Below the pieces are notes generated by a model that was not told where the DNA came from, did no database searches, and saw only the letters and a program-made list of their open reading frames with translations. Positions 59,725 through 64,000 of a DNA stretch of 64,000 bases are shown piece after piece. This DNA is from an uncultured Thermoproteaceae archaeon (GTDB taxonomy: Archaea > Thermoproteota > Thermoprotei > Thermoproteales > Thermocladiaceae): contig CAZNTG010000006.1 in NCBI GenBank assembly GCA_964575955.1, positions 352,001-416,000 on the forward strand, read 5' to 3'. A program made the position numbers and the translations under genes. Position 1 is the first letter of the stretch; each line of letters begins with the position of its first letter.

Positions 59725-60558
59725 ATGAATATCAGTTTTTTATCAAGTAAGTATTTGATTATTTTTACATGTCTAGTGTTTGTTGTAGGTATGTTTGTTG
59801 GATGTTTTGTTAGTTATATGTTTTTCTTATGTAAGTATCATGGTTATGGCTCGATTAGTTATTCTAAATTTGATTTTTATTTTTTGTCAAATTCTAAGAT
59901 GTTTAATAGATGTTCTACATATAGAGACTTTTTGAATAATTTTGTTGAGTGTTATTCTGTAATTCTCATACTTTTAAAGTATTTGACATATTTAAAATAT
60001 AGTTATCTTAAACTTGAGAAATTGTATAATTCTCTTAAGGTTAATTGTAGTAGTATTATTGAGAGATGTATTAAATATGGTTGGTCTAATTTGAGTGTTA
60101 AAGTTCTTTTTGATAGAGAGTATTATTATAGTCTTATTAGAGATATTGAACATGCTAATAAGAGTATATATGTTGCTATGTATGTTGTTAAGTACGATCC
60201 TCACGATGTTCATGATTGGGCTAATGATCTGATTAAAGCTCTTGTAAGAGCTAAGAAGAGAGGTGTTGTTGTTAAGGTTCTTCTTGAATATAGGACTTAC
60301 TTTGGTTATGTGAAGTATAACTATCTAGCTTATAGATATTTGAAAGATCATGGTGTTGATGTTAGACTTGACTTTAATCCTGATACTGAGCATATGAAGA
60401 TTGTTATTATAGATGGGAAGATTGTGTATATTGGTTCTCATAATTGGTCTGAAGCATCACTATACTACAATCATGAGGTATCTATAAGGATTGTTTCTAG
60501 AGATATTGCTAAAGAGGTTGAAAAATATTTTAACTATCTATGGAACAGGGCAGGCTAG
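59725..60558 (+). CDS. Membrane-anchored phospholipase D/Nuc-family protein (single HKD motif)
   Basis: HMKIVIIDGKIVYIGSHNWS..NHE; ANKSIYVAMY; N-terminal TM. Confidence 0.88.
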   Translation: MNISFLSSKYLIIFTCLVFVVGMFVGCFVSYMFFLCKYHGYGSISYSKFDFYFLSNSKMFNRCSTYRDFLNNFVECYSVILILLKYLTYLKYSYLKLEKLYNSLKVNCSSIIERCIKYGWSNLSVKVLFDREYYYSLIRDIEHANKSIYVAMYVVKYDPHDVHDWANDLIKALVRAKKRGVVVKVLLEYRTYFGYVKYNYLAYRYLKDHGVDVRLDFNPDTEHMKIVIIDGKIVYIGSHNWSEASLYYNHEVSIRIVSRDIAKEVEKYFNYLWNRAG

Positions 60559-61244
60559 TTGCTATAGTTACAGGTGGTTCTAGAGGTATTGGTTTTGCTA
60601 TTGCTAGAGAATTTGCTATTAATGGTATAAATCTCCTAATTACTGCTAGAAATGTTGAGAGACTTGAAAATGCTTGTAGAGAACTTTCTAAATATGGTGT
60701 TGATGTTATATATGTTGCATGTGATATTAGAGATAGAGAATGTTGTAAGAAAATTGTTAAAAGTTGTCTAGATCACTATGGTAGAATTGATATACTTGTC
60801 AATAATGCAGGTACTGCTGTAAGAAAGTATTTTCATGATATGAATTTTGAAGAAATTGACGAGATTATAGATACTAATGTTAAAGGATTGATGTATCTAA
60901 CTCTTGAAGTTGTTAAAATAATGATTAAACAGAGAAGAGGAATTATCATTAACATATCTTCAGGTGCTGGTAAATCTGGAATTCCTCAACTTTCTGTATA
61001 TTCAGCATCTAAAGCTGCTGTAAACATATTTACAGAAGCATTAGCTAGAGAATTATCAAGATATGGAATTAGGGTATATGCTGTATGTCCTGGTGGTACT
61101 GATACAGAACTTCATAGAAAACTATTTCCTGAACATAGATCTGAATGGTTATTAAAACCTGAAGAAGTTGCAAGACTAGTATTTAGACTAGTTAAGGAAG
61201 GTGGAATTGAAGGTTATTGCTATGAGATCTACAGACTAGTCTAA
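60540..61244 (+). CDS. Short-chain dehydrogenase/reductase
   Basis: TGGSRGIG, LVNNAG, YSASK, PGGTDT. Confidence 0.95.
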   Translation: MEQGRLVAIVTGGSRGIGFAIAREFAINGINLLITARNVERLENACRELSKYGVDVIYVACDIRDRECCKKIVKSCLDHYGRIDILVNNAGTAVRKYFHDMNFEEIDEIIDTNVKGLMYLTLEVVKIMIKQRRGIIINISSGAGKSGIPQLSVYSASKAAVNIFTEALARELSRYGIRVYAVCPGGTDTELHRKLFPEHRSEWLLKPEEVARLVFRLVKEGGIEGYCYEIYRLV

Positions 61245-61253
61245 CATTTTCAA

Positions 61254-61646
61254 TCACAGATACTTACTATACTCTTTCTCACAACCTTCTCTAAAATCAC
61301 AGGTTGAACAGTACTCATCAATCCAAATCTTAAGCTTAGACTTATCAGTAAGAATCCTACTCTTAACATCACTCCAACTAACCTTCATACCTACATTAAG
61401 ATTGAGTAATTCTAGAGCCTTCCTATCCATTTCACGAATCTCCTCTTCAGCATTTTCAGAATATCTACATACACCATCTTTAAAATATGGACATGATGTA
61501 CATACATCATCAGCACCTTCAACAATTTCAATCTCTTCACCCTTCTCAGCACGTGATACAACTTCAAGAACTTTATCTCTAAGCTTTTCAGGACCATCTC
61601 TAAAGAATTGTAGACATATTAAATGATGACCTCTTAACTTAATCAT
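61254..61646 (-). CDS. DUF1284 family (Cys-rich, putative Fe-S) protein
   Basis: LRGHHLIC, GADDVCTSCP, CSTCDF. Confidence 0.88.
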   Translation of the reverse strand: MIKLRGHHLICLQFFRDGPEKLRDKVLEVVSRAEKGEEIEIVEGADDVCTSCPYFKDGVCRYSENAEEEIREMDRKALELLNLNVGMKVSWSDVKSRILTDKSKLKIWIDEYCSTCDFREGCEKEYSKYL

Positions 61647-61727
61647 ACAGATACTACATATCTAGACATGTTAAGAAGTATTATCATAAACGTAAAATCT
61701 ATACAATATGTACATCTACACCACAGT

Positions 61728-62096
61728 ATGAGCTTGATAGATTATATAATCACATCAATAGCATTCGCATTCTTCGTAGTATGTCCAAGAATGGCAGGTA
61801 TGTGCTCAGTTGTATCAAAGATAAGGTCACTAAATCCATACATAGTATCCTGTCTTGGCACAGTAATATCAACACCATTAATAATATTGATGATGTATTT
61901 AACAACACAATTTGGAATAACCTCAGCAATAATATTAGCAGTATTGACAGACATAATATCATCAATAATAATGGGAATATTCAACATAAAATATGCTATA
62001 GAGATAGTGATAATAGCAATATTTGTATGGATTGGAGTTGTAGTAGCATCAAAGACATCAACAATGATAGTAAACATAATTAAAAAGATGTTATAA
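61728..62096 (+). CDS. Small four-TM membrane protein
   Basis: FFVVCPRMAGM...; the ORF track starts at 61668 but ATG at 61728 is more plausible. Confidence 0.7.
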   Translation: MSLIDYIITSIAFAFFVVCPRMAGMCSVVSKIRSLNPYIVSCLGTVISTPLIILMMYLTTQFGITSAIILAVLTDIISSIIMGIFNIKYAIEIVIIAIFVWIGVVVASKTSTMIVNIIKKML

Positions 62097-62105
62097 GATA
62101 AATAT

Positions 62106-63068
62106 ATGAGTATACTGATAGTAGGTTTAGGATTTGTAGGTTTAAATTTAGCACTATATCTGAAGAAGAAAAATTTCAACATAAAAGTCATAGTTAGAAA
62201 ACCTAGAAGTAGTATTAGAAAATACTTCATACACATAGCTAAGAAATATAATATTGAAATTTTTGAAGTAGATACTCTAAATAGAGATAACATATTGAAA
62301 ATATTGAAAGAATACGATATTAAATATGTAATTAACTGTGTAGGAGCTTTAAGAGGTAGTTATGAAGATCTATATACTTCAAATATTAAAGTTCCATTAG
62401 AAATAGCTAACTCTATACTAGAATCAGGTAGAGATATATATCTAATTCACATAAGTACTGCATACCTATCTCAAACATCTAAAGAAGTTTTTGAAGAAGA
62501 TAATTATCTAGATGAAAGATTTTTCAAACCTAAGACAAATTATGAAAAAACTAAATATCTATGTGAGAAATATCTATATGAATACTCTAGAAGGGGTTTA
62601 AGATTAATCATCTTAAGACCTGTAATGATGCTTGGTAAATATTGTTATCATGACGAATCTAACATATTCATATACATGCTTAGAAGATTTAAATATATTC
62701 CGATAATTGATAAAGGCTTCAATATTCTAGATGTTGAAAATTTCTGCTATGTTGTTGAGAATGTAATTTCAAAAGTGTATAATATAAATTTTGAATTTAT
62801 GTATATTCCAGGAACATACTATACTTTAACTGAAATTTTAGAAGCTTTTTCAAATGCTTTAAATATTGAGCCTAGATATGTTAAGTTACCTCTAATTAGT
62901 AAGATCTTACCCATACTTACTCCTAGTGTTGTTAGACCTTACTTAAAGTATCTCGATGTTAAATTTATGAGTAAGAGATTGAGTAAGTATGTTTCAATTC
63001 CTAGAGATGATATATTGAAAATTGCTAACGATCAGGTAAGCTTTCTTAGAGAGTTGAGAGTTTTGTAA
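62106..63068 (+). CDS. NAD-dependent epimerase/dehydratase
   Basis: GLGFVG, HISTA, YEKTK, ILRP. Confidence 0.88.
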   Translation: MSILIVGLGFVGLNLALYLKKKNFNIKVIVRKPRSSIRKYFIHIAKKYNIEIFEVDTLNRDNILKILKEYDIKYVINCVGALRGSYEDLYTSNIKVPLEIANSILESGRDIYLIHISTAYLSQTSKEVFEEDNYLDERFFKPKTNYEKTKYLCEKYLYEYSRRGLRLIILRPVMMLGKYCYHDESNIFIYMLRRFKYIPIIDKGFNILDVENFCYVVENVISKVYNINFEFMYIPGTYYTLTEILEAFSNALNIEPRYVKLPLISKILPILTPSVVRPYLKYLDVKFMSKRLSKYVSIPRDDILKIANDQVSFLRELRVL

Positions 63069-63190
63069 TAAGTAATGCATATATACTTAACAACATCTAC
63101 GTGATTAGCGATACTTAACATACTTATATTCAATGAGAAGACTAGAAGAATATTCATAACATTTCCAGGACCCAATCTATGCCATATACC

Positions 63191-64000
63191 CTTTCAATCC
63201 TCTTTTTGAGATTCAGGTTATAGACCACCTCAACGATATTGGTCTCGAAGAGTTTAGTCTTTCAATCCTCTTTTTGAGATTCTGTAGGTACCCCAGACAC
63301 AGGTTGCCAATTTGTCCAAGTCTTTCAATCCTCTTTTTGAGATTCTGCAGCTAAGTATTCAAATCTACCACTACCAGGACAAATAATGCTTTCAATCCTC
63401 TTTTTGAGATTCCTTTAATGGTCGCACGTTGGTAGGCATGTAATAGTATGAGCACTTTCAATCCTCTTTTTGAGATTCATCTTGCACATGTTTAACATAT
63501 GCGTTATGTAGTTGATAGTGCTTTCAATCCTCTTTTTGAGATTCCTCCCCAGTCTGAGGGTGGCAGTTTTATGTTCATTGCAATGTCCTTTCAATCCTCT
63601 TTTTGAGATTCGAAAATACAAAGCAGTTATGCTTCGATATTATATACGATATTACTTTCAATCCTCTTTTTGAGATTCCAGTACTGCATATACTACATCT
63701 GCATACTCGACACTGACATTGATGCTTTCAATCCTCTTTTTGAGATTCTGCAATATGTGACAAAACGTATGTCTACAATAGTCGTAGAGTACAACTTTCA
63801 ATCCTCTTTTTGAGATTCAATCAAACAAAATAAACAGCACTTATAATTATTATAAAATTGTCTTTCAATCCTCTTTTTGAGATTCTAATAAACGCATTCA
63901 ATGAGGTTGCCTCGAGCGGCGCAAAGTTGCTTTCAATCCTCTTTTTGAGATTCATAGTAGGAACTGTTGGTGATAGAGATGTTGAAGTTGTACGTAGCTT
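63191..64000 (-). CRISPR. CRISPR array: 12 complete identical 24-bp repeats plus start of a 13th; continues past window
   Basis: Plus-strand repeat CTTTCAATCCTCTTTTTGAGATTC at 63191, 63259, 63322, 63389, 63455, 63521, 63588, 63655, 63725, 63795, 63862, 63930 and (partial) 63998; spacers 39-46 bp; reverse complement ends in the ATTGAAAG handle. Confidence 0.99.

Noticed and set aside
61402-62293. Several overlapping alternative ORFs
   Set aside because: Alternative-frame or antisense artefacts of skewed low-complexity sequence over the DUF1284, membrane protein and epimerase genes
63121-63190. Degenerate terminal CRISPR repeat
   Set aside because: Only TTCAAT and ATTC fragments match, with inconsistent spacing
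63415-63621. 68-aa ORF in the array
   Set aside because: Spurious translation through repeats and spacers

Overview
AT-rich archaeal chromosomal segment, most likely Thermoproteota. The S25e, Csl4-DUF2067-RpoL, aKMT, dispersed r-protein genes and a GAATCTCAAAAAGAGGATTGAAAG-type CRISPR repeat suggest a Thermoproteales-related lineage; this placement is inference. About 54 kb is dense housekeeping and hypothetical genes: thermosome, S17e, FKBP, proteasome beta, aCPSF1, Sm, RpiA, ThiL, GGPP synthase, IPK, TGT-like protein, ROK kinase, Hjc, TBP, XPD, HerA-like ATPase, DHS-like protein, AglH, PyrG, class I LysRS, L24, Lhr and MqnC. The window also holds two tRNAs (Cys-GCA, Ile2-CAT), four C/D-box sRNAs missed by the ORF track, and type IV pilin-like genes. 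A ~5 kb more GC-rich accessory island (about 54.5-59.5 kb) is bounded by a 13-bp direct repeat overlapping a C/D sRNA 3' end. It carries an intact ABC/AAA_21 ATPase plus PD-(D/E)xK-like pair (candidate defence system) and a broken HNH gene, and is flanked by mirror-image strand skew. The window ends in the trailer end of a CRISPR array. All calls come from motif recognition by eye; no database searches were run.
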